64,000 nucleotides of DNA from Cetorhinus maximus (lineage: Eukaryota): NCBI RefSeq assembly GCF_964194155.1, contig NC_135901.1:22010001-22074000 (forward strand), given 5' to 3'. Below, in pieces: positions 1-12,407 of the stretch. The notes under the pieces were generated by a model. That model ran no database searches. It saw only the letters and a list, made by a program, of their open reading frames with translations, and was not told the origin of the DNA. How positions within the stretch are numbered: position 1 is the stretch's first letter; every line of letters starts with the position of its first letter. Both the position numbers and the translations under genes were made by a program.

Positions 1-149
1 CAGCTTGACCAGAACTTTGACAGTCTTTTCCAAACCCTCAACCTCCGCCACCTAGAAGGACCAGGTGTATGTGAACACCATCACATCCAAGTTCCCTCCA
101 AGTCGCACATCATCCTGATTTGTCTGACATTCAGTACTGGATGAACAGA

Positions 150-785
150 AATGTCTTTCACGTAAACCCTGGAAAATCTGAAGCCATTAGCTTCAGTCCC
201 TGCTCCACTCCCTAGCCACTGACTCTATCCTTCTCCATGGCAACTGTCTGAGGCTGAACCAGACTATTCACAACCTCGATGTTATCTTTCACCCCCAACT
301 AAGTTTCAAACCACATATCTGCATCATCATCATGATCACCTATTTCCACCTCAGTAACATTGCCCAACCCTACCCTAGTCGCAATTTATCTGCTGCAAAA
401 ACCATCATCCATTCCTTTGTACCTCGAGACTTAACTATCCTAATGCACTCCCGGCCGGTCATCCAAAGCTCTGCTGTTCATGTGCTTAGTTACACCAGGT
501 CATGTTCACCAATCACCCTGTGCTCGCTGACCTACAAAGGCTCTGGGTTAAGAAGCAGCTAAATTTTACATTTCTCATCCTTGTTTCAAATCGCTCCATG
601 ATCTCGCCCCTCCTGTGATGGGTGATCTCCTCCAGCCTCGCAACCCTTTGAGATGCTTTTTAAAACCTACCTCTTTGACCAAGCTATTGGTCACCTATCC
701 TAACATCTCTTTATACTTTTTATTCACCTGTGAACACACATTGGAAGGTTCAATTACATGAAAGACGTGATATAAATACATATTG
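150..785 (+). mobile_element. Degenerate L2 LINE 3' fragment
   Basis: Typical L2 3' coding sequence (ttcaccaatcaccctgtgctcgctgacctaca; ttaaaacctacctctttgacc); ORF 332-562 'SAAKTIIHSFV..' resembles the L2 RT C-terminus. Confidence 0.75.
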
Positions 786-1221
786 TTGTTGTTGGTTAGG
801 AAACATGTCGCTGTTCCTTCAACATCACTGGTTGAAAAAAAATCTGTAACTCTTTATCTAACAGCATTGTGGGAGCATCTTCACCCACATGGACTGCAGC
901 GGTTCAAGAAGTTCAAGCATCATCTTCTCCACAGGAAACTGGGGATTGGTAATATCTGTTGCTGGTCTTGTTAGTGAAAGGGCAGGACAGTGGGACTAGC
1001 TGATTTGCTCTTGCAGAGAGCCAGCACAGGCAGGACGGGTTGAATAGTCTCCATCTGTATTGTAACCATTCAATGATTCAATGACCCTTTGAAAAAAGAC
1101 CTGCACTAGAGGTCAGGGACGAATTTCTGTCACCAGTGCCCATCCTGCTACAAACCAGCTCTTGTTTGTTCCACCTGTCTTTCTGGACTCGATTCTGTGA
1201 GCAACGACTGTAGTAAAATAT

Positions 1222-1325
1222 CACAAAATACTGCGGGTTCTGGTAATCTGAAATAAATAGAGGGAAATGCTTGAAATACTCAGCAGGTCAGGCAGTATCT
1301 GCGAAGCAATGGAATTAATGTTTCA
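1222..1325 (-). mobile_element. Short Penelope-derived (pLTR-like) repeat, family A
   Basis: aaatactgcgg..tggtaatctgaaata..actcagcaggtcaggcagtatctg matches the terminus of the Penelope element at 2753-2840. Confidence 0.7.
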
Positions 1326-1819
1326 GGGTGTGCAGAATTAATTATGGGGAATAAAAATGATGCCGAATCTCATGGTCAATATAAGCTCAGAAGTGGAAGA
1401 GAAATGGACGATCGCGCAGGAAAACTAATTCCTGACTCTGAAAGATACTGTGGGATGATCAAGCTGGGAAGCCAGAAGCACATGGTCAGGGGATGGGCAG
1501 CAGTGGAAACCTCATTTGGGCACAGTTGGCTGAATCAACAGTATAATACTGAACATAACTAAAATACGCCTATTATTAGAGATAGAGGAAGGCAGACAAT
1601 GGCAGAGAGGTGATCAGGGAGGGGAGAGGTGAAATAGAGCAATGGGTGGACATGGATTCAGTAAAGGAGCCACACCAGCCCCAGAGACATGGAACCTCTC
1701 ACAGATGACAGAACATAGCACTAAAAACTCCAAGTTACAGATAAATAATCAAAAATATAGACCTCCGAATCAATTTCAGTTTTAAAACAGATGCCGAAGT
1801 CTGCAATTGGAAAGATATT

Positions 1820-2752
1820 TCATGACTTTTTTGACTAGGTAACAGAGAGGAAAGGTGAGGGTAATGCCGTTGATATGGTGTACATGGACTTCCAAAAGGC
1901 ATTTGATAAAGGGGTACAGAATATACTTGTGGGCAAAGTTAGAGCTCATGGAATAAAAAAGGCCGTCAGAAAATGGATACGAAACTGGCTGAGTGACAGG
2001 AAACAGAGATTAGTGGTGCAGGGCTGTTTTTCGGACTGGAGAAAGGTTTATCATGGAGTTTCTCCAAAGGTCAATGTTTGGAGCCCTGCTCTTCCTGATA
2101 TATATTGACAACTTAGACTTTGGTGTACAGGGCACAATTTCAAAATGTGCAGATGGCCCAAAACATGCGAACTTTGAGGAGGATAGTGTTAAGGTTCAAA
2201 ATGACATAGATTGGTTGAAAGGGTGAACGAGTGGCAGATGAAAATTAAATGCAGAAAAATATTAAGAAACTCATTTTGGTAGGAAGAAGGCAAATGGACA
2301 ATGTAAAATAAAGGGTACAAATCTAAAGGGGTGCTTGAGGAGAAAAGGGTCCTGGGAGTATGTGCACACAAATCATCGAAAGTGTTGAGAGCATAGTCCA
2401 TCAAGTATACAGGATCCTGGGTTTTATAATCAGGGCAATAGAATACAAAAACAAGGACGTTATGATAAACCAGTAGAGAACACTAGTTTCAGCTCAGGGC
2501 ACCATGCTTTAAAATGGGTGTGAAGATATTTGAGACGGTCCAGAAAAGATTCCCAAGAATGGTTCCAGAGATGAGGAACTTCAGTTATGTAGAGAGATTG
2601 AACAAGTTGGGGTTGCTCTCCTTTGAAAAGAAAAGGTTGAAAGGAGATTTTATGGAGGTATTCAAAATCATGAGAGATCAGGACTGAGTAGATAGGGAGA
2701 AACTGATCCCATTGATGAAAGGATCAAGAACAAGAGGCCCAGATTTAAGGCA
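1820..2752 (+). mobile_element. CR1 LINE RT fragment, 5' part (split by a Penelope insertion)
   Basis: ORF 1875-2108 'VYMDFQKAFDK..WIRNWLSDRKQR' is CR1 RT; continues at 4999-5285. Confidence 0.9.
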
Positions 2753-4998
2753 TAAAAACAAAAAACTGCGGATGCTGGAAATCCAAACAAAAACAGAAAT
2801 ACCTGGAAAAACTCAGCAGGTCTGGCAGCATCGGCGGAGAAGAGCAAAGTTGATGTTTCGAGTCCTCATGACCCTTCAACAAAACTAATTAGAAATAGGA
2901 AAGGGGTGAAATATAAGCTGGTTTAAGGGGGGGGGGGGTGGGGTGGGGGTAAAGAAGGGGGGCGGTTGTTGGGACAAGCAAGCAGTGGTAGGAGGAGATA
3001 ACCAAAAGATGTCACAGACAAAAGAACAAAGAGGTGTTGAAGGTGGTGATATTATCTAAAACAATGTGCTAATTAAGACCGGAGAGCAGGACAAGCAAGG
3101 TAGCTCTAGTGGGGTGGGCTGAAATAAACCATGGGTGGAATACATTTAAAAATAATGGAAATAGGTGGGAAAAGAAAAATCTATATAAATTATTGGAAAA
3201 AACAAAAGGGAGGGGGAAGAAACGGAAAGGGGGTAGGGATGGAGGAGGGAGTTCAAGATCTAAAGTTTTTGAACTCAATATTCAGTCCGGAAGGCTGTAA
3301 AGTGCATAGTCAGAAGATGAGGTGCTGTTCCTCCAATTTGCATTGAGCTTCACAGGAACAATGCAGCAAGCCAAGGACAGACATGTGGGCAAGAGAGCAG
3401 GGTGGAGTGTTAAAATGGCAAGCGACAGGGAGGTCTGGGTCATGCTTGTGGACAGACCGAAGGTGTTCTGCAAAGCGTTCACCCAGTCTGCGTTTGGTTT
3501 CTCCAACGTAGAGGACACCACATTTGGAGCAACGAATGCAGTAGACTAAGTTGGGGGAAATGCAAGTGAAATGCTGCTTCACTTGAAAGGAGTGTTTGGG
3601 CCCTTGGACGGTGAGGAAAGAGGAAGTGAAGGGGCAGGTGTTGCATATTTTGCGTTTGCATGGGGAGGTGCTGTAGGTGGGGGTTGAGGAGTAGGGGGTG
3701 ATGGAAGAGTGGACCAAGTGTCACGGAGGGAACGATCCCTATGGAATGCTGCCGAGAGGGTGAAGGGAAGATGTGTTTGGTGGTGGCATCATGCTGGAGT
3801 TGGCGGAAATGGCGGAGGATGATCCTTTGAATGCGGAGGCTGGTGGGGTGATAAGTGAGGATAAGGGGGACCCTATCATGTTTCTGGGAGGGAGGAGAAG
3901 GTGTGAGGGCGGATGCGTGGGAGATGGGCCAGACACGGTTGAGGGTCAACTACCGTGGGTGGAAAACCTCGGTTAAGGAAGAAGGAGGACATGTCAGAGG
4001 AACTGTTTTTGAAGGTAGCATCATCAGAACAAATGCGACGGAGGCGAAGGAACTGAGAGAATGGGATGGAGTCCTTACAGGAAGCGGGGTGTGAGGAGCT
4101 GTAGTCGAGGTAGCTGTGGGAGTCGGTAGGCTTGTAATGGATATTAGTGGACAGTCTATCACCAGAAATTGAGACAGAGAGGTCAAGGAAGGGAAGGGAA
4201 GTGTCAGGGATGGACCAGGTGAAAATGATGGAGGGGTGGAGATCGGAAGCAAAATTAATAAATTTTTCCAGGTCCCGACGAGAGCATGAAGCAGCACCGA
4301 AGTAATCATCGATGTACCGGAGAAAGAGTTGTGGGAGGGGGCCGGAGTAGGACTGGAACAAGGAATGTTCCACATACCCCATAAAGTGACAGGCATAGCT
4401 GGTGCCAAATTGGAGGAAATTGGAGGAACAGCAAATTGGAGGAACAGCACCTCATCTTCTGACTAGGCACTTTACAGCCTTCCAGACTGAATATTCAGTT
4501 CAACAACTTTAGATCTTGAACTCCCTCCTCCATCCCCACCCCCTTTCCGTTTCTTCCCCCTCCCTTTTGTTGTTTCCAATAATTTATATAGATTTTTCTT
4601 TTCCCACCTATTTCCATTATTTTTAAATGTATTCCACCCATGGTTTATTTCACCCCACCCCCACTAGAGCTACCTTGCTTGTCCTGCTCTCCAGTCTTAA
4701 TTAGCACATTGTTTTAGATAATATCACCACCTTCAACACCTCTTTGTTCTTTTGTCTGTGACATCTTTTGGTTATCTCCTCCTATTACTGCTTGCTTGTC
4801 CCAACAACGCCCCCCCCCCACCCCCGCCTTCTCTCTCCCCACCCCCACCCCCCCCACCTAAACCAGCTTATATTTCACCCCTTTCCTATTTCTACTTAGT
4901 TCTGTTGAAGGGTCATGAGAACTCGAAACGTCAATTGTGCTCTTCTCCGCCGATGCTGCCAGACCTGCTGAGTTTTTCCAGGTATTTCTGTTTTTGTT
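2753..4998 (-). mobile_element. Penelope-like element (Neptune-type) with inverted pLTRs and a 14-bp TSD
   Basis: Arms ~2785-3340 and ~4431-4998 are reverse complements; TSD ccagatttaaggca at 2739-2752 and 4999-5012; RT and GIY-YIG ORFs inside. Confidence 0.95.
3310..4395 (-). pseudogene. Penelope RT C-terminal half plus GIY-YIG endonuclease (frameshifted, 5' truncated)
   Basis: 'FLRYIDDYFG', 'LPFLDLSV', 'HYKPTDSHSYL' (RT); 'PCKRKICNTCP' Cys linker; 'NLVYCIRCSKCGVLYVGETKRRLGERFAEH' (GIY-YIG), spread over three frames. Confidence 0.93.
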
Positions 4999-5285
4999 CC
5001 AGATTTAAGGCAGTTGGCCAAAGAAGCAATGGTAACATGAGAAAAAACCTTTTCATGCAGCGAGTGGTTAGGATCCAGAATGAACTACCTGAAATTGCGG
5101 CAGAGCCAGATTCAGTCATGGCATTCGAAAGGAAATTGGATCATTAACTGAAAAAGAAAAAAAAGTGCAGAGCTACAGGGAAAAATCAGGGAACTGGGAT
5201 TAAGTCAATTGATCTTGCAGGGAACCAGGGCAGACATGATGGGCAGAATTGCCTCCTTCTGTGCTGCGACCATTCTATGATTCTA
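4999..5285 (+). mobile_element. CR1 LINE 3' end (continuation of 1820-2752)
   Basis: 'MRKNLFMQRVVRIQNELP..FERKLD' CR1 C-terminus; ends in a ctatgattctatga microsatellite tail. Confidence 0.85.
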
Positions 5286-5309
5286 TGAGTTATCTGTCCC
5301 ATCAGCAGG

Positions 5310-5950
5310 GATACTCCATGACCCATTACCATTATTCCTCCATTTAGTCCCCAACACCAATATTTCTCCATCAATAGACACCCCCTAACCCAACATCAAT
5401 ACTGCTCCACTTAGAGACACTCCTGACCCAACACTTATAAATGCTCCATGACCCACCATCATTATTCCTTCATTTATATGTGCTCCATGACCCAAAACCA
5501 TTTTCCTCCATTTATAGACACTCCCTGACCCATCACCATTATCCTCCGTTTACAGACTTTCCCTGAGCCAATGCCAATATTTCTCCATTTATAGGCAGTC
5601 CCTGGCCTAGCGCTATTTTTCCTCTATTTATAGACGCGCCTTGACCTTTTGCTACTTTCCATTCATTTCTAGACTCTCCTTTAACCATTGCCATTATTGC
5701 TGCATGCTTACACGCTCCCTTACCCATCTCCATTATTCCTCCATTTATAGGTGCTCCCTGACCATTACAAATTTTCCTCAATTACAGATGCTCCCTAACT
5801 TTTACCATTTTTCCTCCATTTACAGATGATCCCTGACCCATCAATATTATTTCTCTATTAACAGAAGCTCCCTAACCCATCGCCATTTTCCTCCATATAT
5901 TAACGCTCCCTGACCCATTGTCCTTATTTCCTCCATTTATAGACACTCCC
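5310..5950. repeat. Degenerate ~38-39 bp minisatellite
   Basis: Recurring ctccctgacccatcaccatt..cctccatttatagac units. Confidence 0.85.
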
Positions 5951-6164
5951 TGTGTGAGCTGACACTGCGCAGGTGAGAGACTGGAGGCAAAGGGAGAAAC
6001 CCGGTAGTCGCGCTGGGGACCGGGATAACGTTCACAGTTTCATATTCGTGTCTCAGATGGAAAATGTTGACCGGTTTTAATTTGGGCTCTGGATCCGCAC
6101 TCGGTCTTTGTAAACTCTCCATCTTAAACCCGCTCGCTCGAGCTCTCTTACCGTCTGTCAACAT

Positions 6165-6370
6165 GGCCCGCGCATGCTCAGATCAGAATGCCCGGGGAGT
6201 GACTGATGGCAACTCCGGACCAATAGGAAGATGGGGTGAGACTGGAGGACCTCCAACCAATCAGACTGAATGAGGGGCGGGTCTGAGCCCGGCTCCCTCA
6301 TTGTCTGAAATTCTGCATCGTTTTGAAAGCTGATTTGTCTCAAACTCCAGGGGAAAGCTGGACCTTTCTG
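6165..6370. promoter_or_regulatory. ZNF-cluster promoter module, copy A
   Basis: gcgcatgc (NRF1-like), two CCAAT boxes, ggggcggg; homologous to 10345-10560 and 16733-16970. Confidence 0.7.
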
Positions 6371-6513
6371 AAGAAGCTCTGAAGAAGAGTCATACTGACT
6401 CGAAACGTTAACTCTGTCTTTCTCTCCACAGATGCTGTCAGACCTGCTGAGTTTTTGCAGCATTTTTTATTTTTGTTTCAGATTTCCAGCATCTGCAGTA
6501 CTTTGCCTTTAGC
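6371..6513 (+). mobile_element. Short non-autonomous Penelope-derived insertion with a hammerhead motif and 13-bp TSD
   Basis: TSD ctggacctttctg at 6358-6370 and 6514-6526; paralogs at ~10545 and ~16945 lack the insert. Confidence 0.9.
6375..6420 (+). ncRNA. Minimal type I hammerhead ribozyme motif (PLE-associated)
   Basis: CTGAAGA-a-GAGTC-atact-GACTC-GAAAC-GTTAAC: core boxes, perfect 5-bp stem II, palindromic stem III. Confidence 0.7.
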
Positions 6514-6767
6514 CTGGACCTTTCTGTTTGTGGCTTTAAACAGATGAAACTATGTGGGCGTGGAACAAACACTTCAAGAACCGGGAGAGTTCGATGAGCT
6601 CCAACAATGGGAATGGACAGCCAGACCCGCTGGACACACCTATCCTGCCTGATATCAACCCAGAATGAGCTGGAAAGCCATCTCCACTCACCAGGACTGT
6701 CTGCAGTAGGGTTTCTGACTCAGAGGCAGAAATATTAATTGTTAGTCGTTTGGTAGTACAGAACTTG

Positions 6768-8160
6768 AGTATTGCTGAAAAAATAGACATATCTAAGCTT
6801 TTCATCTTGCACTCATCAGGACTCGCAAGAATACCAATATAAGGGGGAAAACAACTTATACTCTATGTGAAGAGAGTGCTGATTGGTTGGCAAGTGATGT
6901 TGCCATGGAGAGTGCGTGTACTGGAAGCTACACACATTAATACACAGGGCCCTGTTCTTTACAGACAGAAAGAACATTTTAAAAATTAATTCATGGGATG
7001 TGGGCTTCACTGGCTGGGCCAGTATTTATTGCCCATCCCTAGTTGCCCTTGAGAAGGTGTTGGTGAGCTGCCTTCTTGAAATGCTGCAGTCCATGTGGTG
7101 TTGGTACACCCACAGTGCTGGATTTTAACCCAGTGACAGTGAAGGAACGGTGATATACTTCCAAGTCAGGATGGTAAGTGACTTGGAGGGGAACTTCCAG
7201 GTCGTGATCTATCTGCTGCCCTCGTCCTTCTAGATGCTAGTGGTCATGAGTTTGGAAGGTGCTGTTGAAGGAGCCTTAGTGAATTCCTGCAGTGCATCTT
7301 GTAGATGGTACATGGTGCTGCGACTGTGCGTCAGTGGTGGAGGGAGTGAATGTTTGTGGATGTGGTGCCAATCAAGCGGGCTGCTTTGTCCTGGATGGTG
7401 TCGAGCTTCTTGAGTGTTGTGGGAGCTGCACTCATCCAGGCAAGGGGGGAGTATTCCATCACACTCCTGATTTGTGCCTTGTAGATGGTGGACAGGCTTT
7501 GGGAGTCAGAAGGTGAGTTACACATCGCAGAATTCCTAGCCTCTGACCTGCTCTTGCAGCTACAGTATTTATATGACTAGTGCAGTTCAGTTTCTGGTCA
7601 ATGATAACCCCCAGGATGTTGATAGTGGGGGATTCAGTGATGGTAATGCCATTGAACATTAAAGGGTGATGGCTGGATTCTCTCTTGTTGGAGATAGTCA
7701 TTGCCTGACACTTGTGTGACGTGAATGTTACTTGCCACTTGTGAGCCCAAACCTGGATATTGTCCAGGTCTTGCTGAATTTGGACATAGACTGCTTCAGT
7801 ATCTGAGGAGTCACGAATGGTGCTGAACATTGTGCAATCATCAGCGAACATCCCCTTGTACACACATTGCGCCTATTTCAGCTAAACAAAATAAATGACA
7901 GCCATTCTTGGGCTCATTCTTCGGGGCAATTCCTTGACCAGTCAGGGTCAAGCTGCCTCGTTTAAATTTCAAACATTGCTTGGCAGTTAGCTGTCAGTCA
8001 CCATCAGTGATGCATTCTCCATGGCAACACCACTTGCCAACCAATCAACACTCTCTTTATATACAGTATACATTATTTTCTCCCTTATATTGGTATTCTT
8101 GCGAGTGTCCTAATGAGTGCAAGATGAAAAGTTAGACATGTCTCTTTTTTCAGCAATACT
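6768..8160. mobile_element. Second Penelope-like family (B) with ~150-bp inverted termini, interrupted by a LINE
   Basis: 6770-6915 is the reverse complement of ~8010-8160; 6916-6980 encodes 'VLEATHINTQGPVLYRQKEH' (GIY-YIG C-terminus-like); CTGATGA-gtgcaagat-GAAA-agctt motif on the minus strand at 6795-6819; absent from the paralog at ~17345. Confidence 0.75.
6985..7857 (-). mobile_element. CR1/Jockey-group LINE 3' fragment (family B)
   Basis: 'MFADDCTMF', 'IYKAQIRSVMEYSPLAW..LDTIQDKAARLIG'; 3' tail ctagggatgggcaataaa. Confidence 0.88.
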
Positions 8161-8769
8161 TAATGCTAATAGTTACTTTTTATTAACAACCCTAAAACCC
8201 TCAAGTGCCACCAAACTGACTGGCTCTCCTCCTTTCTATCTCCACTATGTTTTAGGTTAATGTGGCACTTATATCATCTAACCACCGCCTTCCTTGTGAG
8301 AGAGCAGAACTACAGTAGCTACAGAAACCACATCTTTATCTATCCTCTCCTCATCCTCTCAGAATGAAATCATTTGTATGTTTCACCAGCATTAACCATT
8401 ATCCTACAAAGAAATGTCTGTTCATTATTGCTTAGTCATTATGAATCTAATCCAGCTACTCCAATGTTCATTCTAATTCAGTTTGCATTTGTGATTAATT
8501 GTGAACTATCACATCTGCTCGTGTTTCTGCCTTATCCTCATGTTCAGTCTTGTTTTTGTTGCGTGATCTTTCTGTGGTCAGAATTCAGTTCAGTGACTGT
8601 CCAGCTGCATGTATTTTCTCGGGGTAACTGGGTTTGTGTCCATAGTGCCTGTGTTAGACATTCAGTCATTGTTTAATACACACTTTATGCAGTGAAATCA
8701 GAAACAACTTGTTACATAAAAGGTGAACCAACCTGGACCAACCACCCCAAAAGACTGTGGTTGCTGGAG

Positions 8770-9270
8770 GTATACAGTGGAGTTCCGCATGGTTCTGCTT
8801 CAGGATCACTGCTGTTTTTGATTACACGTTACTGAATTCGATTAGAGATTACTGGGAACAATGTCAACACTTTCAGATGACACAAAATTTGAAAGTGTAG
8901 AAAACAGTGAGGGCGATAGTGATAGATTTCAAAAGGACAGAACCAGAGTGGTGGAATGGGTGGGCTCATGGCAGATGAAATTCAGCACAGCAAAGTGTGA
9001 GGTGATATATTCTGGGCAGAAGAATGAGGAGAGATAATACGAGGCAAAGGGCAGAATTTAGTTAGGATTTCGAATGCACTGCCTGACCGCCTAGTGGATA
9101 CAAATTCAATAGTAACCCGAAAAAAGAAATTCGATAAAAACTTGAAGCAGAAACAGACTGCAGGACTATGGGGAAAGTGGAGCAGTGGGCCAAACTGGAT
9201 TGGTCTTATAAAGAGTTGGTGCAGACCCGATGGGCCGAATGACCTCTTTCTTCACTGTACAATGATTCTT
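8770..9270 (+). mobile_element. Degenerate CR1 LINE fragment
   Basis: ttcagatgacacaaaa (FADDTK-like), tggcagatgaaattc (WQMKF), CR1 3' tail. Confidence 0.75.
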
Positions 9271-9634
9271 ATGATTCAGCAATGTCATCTTTTCATACGG
9301 GTCTTGCTGAATGGAGCAAAATTAGAGGCTGAAATTCTTTTCAATTAATCAGTTGTATGGGAGGCTACTGTGTGTCTCACGCCATTTCCTAAGATTGTTA
9401 ATCTAGTTGCAGCCCCTTCACCAACTTCCTCTGTCCTGTTCAAACATATCCTGTTTTACTTCTGCAACAGTTTCTAATGTCAAAGCAGCTTTTAAAAAAC
9501 CCACATTATTCTAAGTTTATTCGTCCTGTGGGACCTGGTTTATTTCCACCTTCTCAATTATTTTTGAATGCTGTTCCTTGATCACATTACACAAACTGTT
9601 TCATTTCAGATTAAATTCACAGGATTGCTGGATC

Positions 9635-9930
9635 CTCTCTCCTCCCGTGAAGGTGCTGACTCCGGCTAGGTTCAATTTTACAATTACTGGTTCCTCTCGC
9701 TCTCTCTGGTTCTACACTCACTGGTTCTTCTCTCTCTCTACTCCTCTCCCAAAGGTGCCGATTCTGACTGGGTTCAATTCCACACTCACTGGTTCCTCTC
9801 TATCTCTCCTTCCCTGAGGGTGCTGACTCCGGCTGGGTTTGGTTCGACACTCACTTGTTCCTCTCGCTCTCTCTCCTCTCCTTAAGGCACTGATTCAGTC
9901 TGGGCTAAGTTCAACACTCTCTGGTTCCAC
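9635..9930. repeat. ~65-bp tandem repeat (4-5 units) from the ZNF intron/5'UTR region
   Basis: Units aaggtgctgactc..ctgggttcaattc.acactcactggttcctctc; same unit at 20150-20330. Confidence 0.85.
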
Positions 9931-10175
9931 TCCAGCTTCTTTCCCAAGTGCTCAATATTACAGACACTCGAGTCTCCAAGTATTTGACCCCCAGAGGTCT
10001 GATATCGGAACCCGGAGTTGATCTGATCTGATGCTATGTATCATGCTAAGGAAACATGGTCTCTTTAACTATCGCCAGTGGATGTTGTGTCTGTCCCTTT
10101 AAGAGCTGCCCCCACTCTCATGTTTCCTTGAATGACTGAAACTAATAATAAAATTCCAGAAAATCCAACACATTT

Positions 10176-10620
10176 ACTCACAAGTGTTTAAATATGCCTC
10201 CACTCCAGCAAGTTGATTTCTTGAAATGTTTAAACGATTGGAGGTGGGATGTTGAATTATTTCTGAGTTGCTCCTTCAACTCCTTCAGGGTTTCACCCAG
10301 AGAGAACCTGGATCTGATCCACTGAACCCGCTCCCACCCACTGACACCTCACAATGCCCGGCTGATTGACGGCAGCTCCGGACCAATAGGAAGAGGGGGC
10401 GGGACTGGAGGACCGAGCGGGAGCGGCTGGTCCTCCAACCAATCGGAGTGAATGAGGAGCGGTGCTGATCTCGGATCTCATTCATTGGCTGAAACTGCAT
10501 CATTTTGGAAGCTGATTTGTCTCAAACTCCAGGAGAAAACTGGACTTTTCTGTTTGTGACTTTAAACAGATGAAACCCTCTGGGTGTGGAGGAAACATTT
10601 CAACATTTGTTAATGAAATG
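10176..10620 (-). promoter_or_regulatory. ZNF promoter module copy B with a putative first-exon donor
   Basis: tgattgacggcagc, CCAAT x2, GC box, dyad 10406-10437; minus-strand cttGTGAGT donor near 10181. Confidence 0.7.
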
Positions 10621-10974
10621 GATTCATTCAGGACAGACAGCAGGGATCATTTGAGGGAATAACAGTTTAATGAGCAGGGAAATTCAGTGTCAGGTTTGGG
10701 GACCTGGGATTGTAACTGAAATAATCTGGAGTATGAAAGGAGAACATAACAACAAACTGAATAATAAGCAACAGGACATCAATTAGTCTAGTCTTATCAA
10801 GGAGAAATCAGAAATTCATCACAGCGTGTGTGAAACAAAACTTATTTAAAACATATATCTAGAATTTTAACATCCAGCCCCGTTATAAAGAGATTATGAA
10901 CATCAGCAGCAACAAACTCCAACTGTTATAATGAAGATGGTTCAGTCGTAAATGTGATTAACAGCAGCAATAAA

Positions 10975-11710
10975 AACTTCAATTTATATAGCATCTTTAA
11001 CATAGTCAAACATCCCAAGGTGCTTCACAGGAGTTTTATCAAACAAACCTCAACACCAAGATGCAGAAGGAGATAATTAGGACAGGTGACCAAATACTGG
11101 GTCAAAGAGGCAGGTTTTAAGGAACCTCTTAAAGGAGAGAAGAGAAAGTTAGAGAGGTGGAGATGGTGAGGGAGGGAATCCAGAGCTTAGCATCCAGGCA
11201 GCTGAATGCAGGTCTGGCACTGGAGGAGGGATGAAAATCAGGAATGTGCAAGAGTCCAGAATTGGAGGGGCAGAAAGATCTCAGAGGGATGTCGGGAAGG
11301 AGGTGGTTACGGGGATAGGGAGGGGTGAGACTATGGAGGGATTTAAAATAAAATCTGAGAATTGTAAAATTGAAATGCATTGCCAGACTGGGAAATAATG
11401 TAGTTCAGTGAGTATAGGGGTAATGGGACTAACTGTGAGTTGGGATACAGGCACCAGTGTTCCAGATTTACAGCAGGCGGAATATGAGAGGACGGTTAGG
11501 AGATCTTTGGAATACTTGGGACTAGAGGGAGAAAAGTGATGAATGAGGGTTTCAGCAGCAAATAGGCTGAAGCAGGAGAAGAGATGGGGGATGTGACAGA
11601 GGTGGAAGTCGGCAGCTTTGGTGATGAAACGGATATGGGTCAGAAAATCAGCTCGGGGTGAAGTTGATGCTGAGGTGATGAACAGTTTGGTTCAGGCTCA
11701 GGCAGTGGCC
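10975..11710 (-). mobile_element. L2 LINE 3' fragment inserted in a ZNF 3'UTR
   Basis: ORF 11129-11380 'FKSLHSLTPPYP..LRSFCPSNSGLL..AFSC..KLW' is the L2 C-terminus; it splits the conserved ZNF 3'UTR. Confidence 0.8.
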
Positions 11711-11734
11711 AGAATAACAATATAATCCAACCAA

Positions 11735-12009
11735 TACAGTTAGATGTGAATGTGCTGGTGTGCCCGCAGGTTGAGTGACTGAGTGAATCCTTTCCAACAC
11801 AGTGCAGGTGAATGGTTTCTCTCCAGTGTGAGTGAGTTGGTATTTCATCAGATCTTTCGAGCTTTTAAAACTCTTCCCACAGTGAGAACAATTAAAAGGT
11901 CTCTTTTCAGAGTGAACAACTCGATGGGCAGTGAGGCTGGACACACAAGTGAATCCTTTCCCACATATGAAGCAGATGAACAGCATCTCCTTGGTGTGAA
12001 CTCGCAGGT
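11735..12009 (-). pseudogene. C2H2 ZNF remnant (3 fingers, frameshifted)
   Basis: '[47 protein letters not shown]' followed by a frameshift. Confidence 0.85.
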
Positions 12010-12407
12010 TTTAGGGATTGAACCCCTTACAACAGGATCGGACGTGACAATAAAGTTCAGCTATTGAGCAGCTTTATTAAGAGAAAGGCAGGACAAACTA
12101 CCAGACTAAAGGTAAAGTTCAAGCAGTGATTTACAGAACAACGTGAGGTCTATACTTCCCGTATCATATCTGGACAGCAGAGTGCACTTCTTTCCTCATA
12201 GCTTCCGGTTTTCTTGTGGAGTTTCCAGGTTTCTTGCTTCTTTCTTATTTCTTTGTCTTCTTCCCTTTGTTTTTTACTCCACTGCACCAAACCCCTTGAG
12301 AGGACTGTTCTTATGCTGGAAACACCCCCAACTCACTCCCCTGAGGCTACCAATCAGAACTGTCCATGTACATTTCACTACACAATCATGTGGCTCTTAT
12401 CCAATCA
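12010..12407 (-). mobile_element. Possible solo LTR inserted in the ZNF remnant
   Basis: caggt at 12005-12009 and 12408-12412; minus-strand AATAAA near 12075; ends in CA but has no clean TG start. Confidence 0.45.

Noticed and set aside
2926-2966. G-runs as a functional G-quadruplex
   Set aside because: Low-complexity tract inside the Penelope pLTR (mirrored at ~4810-4860); no sign of locus-specific function.
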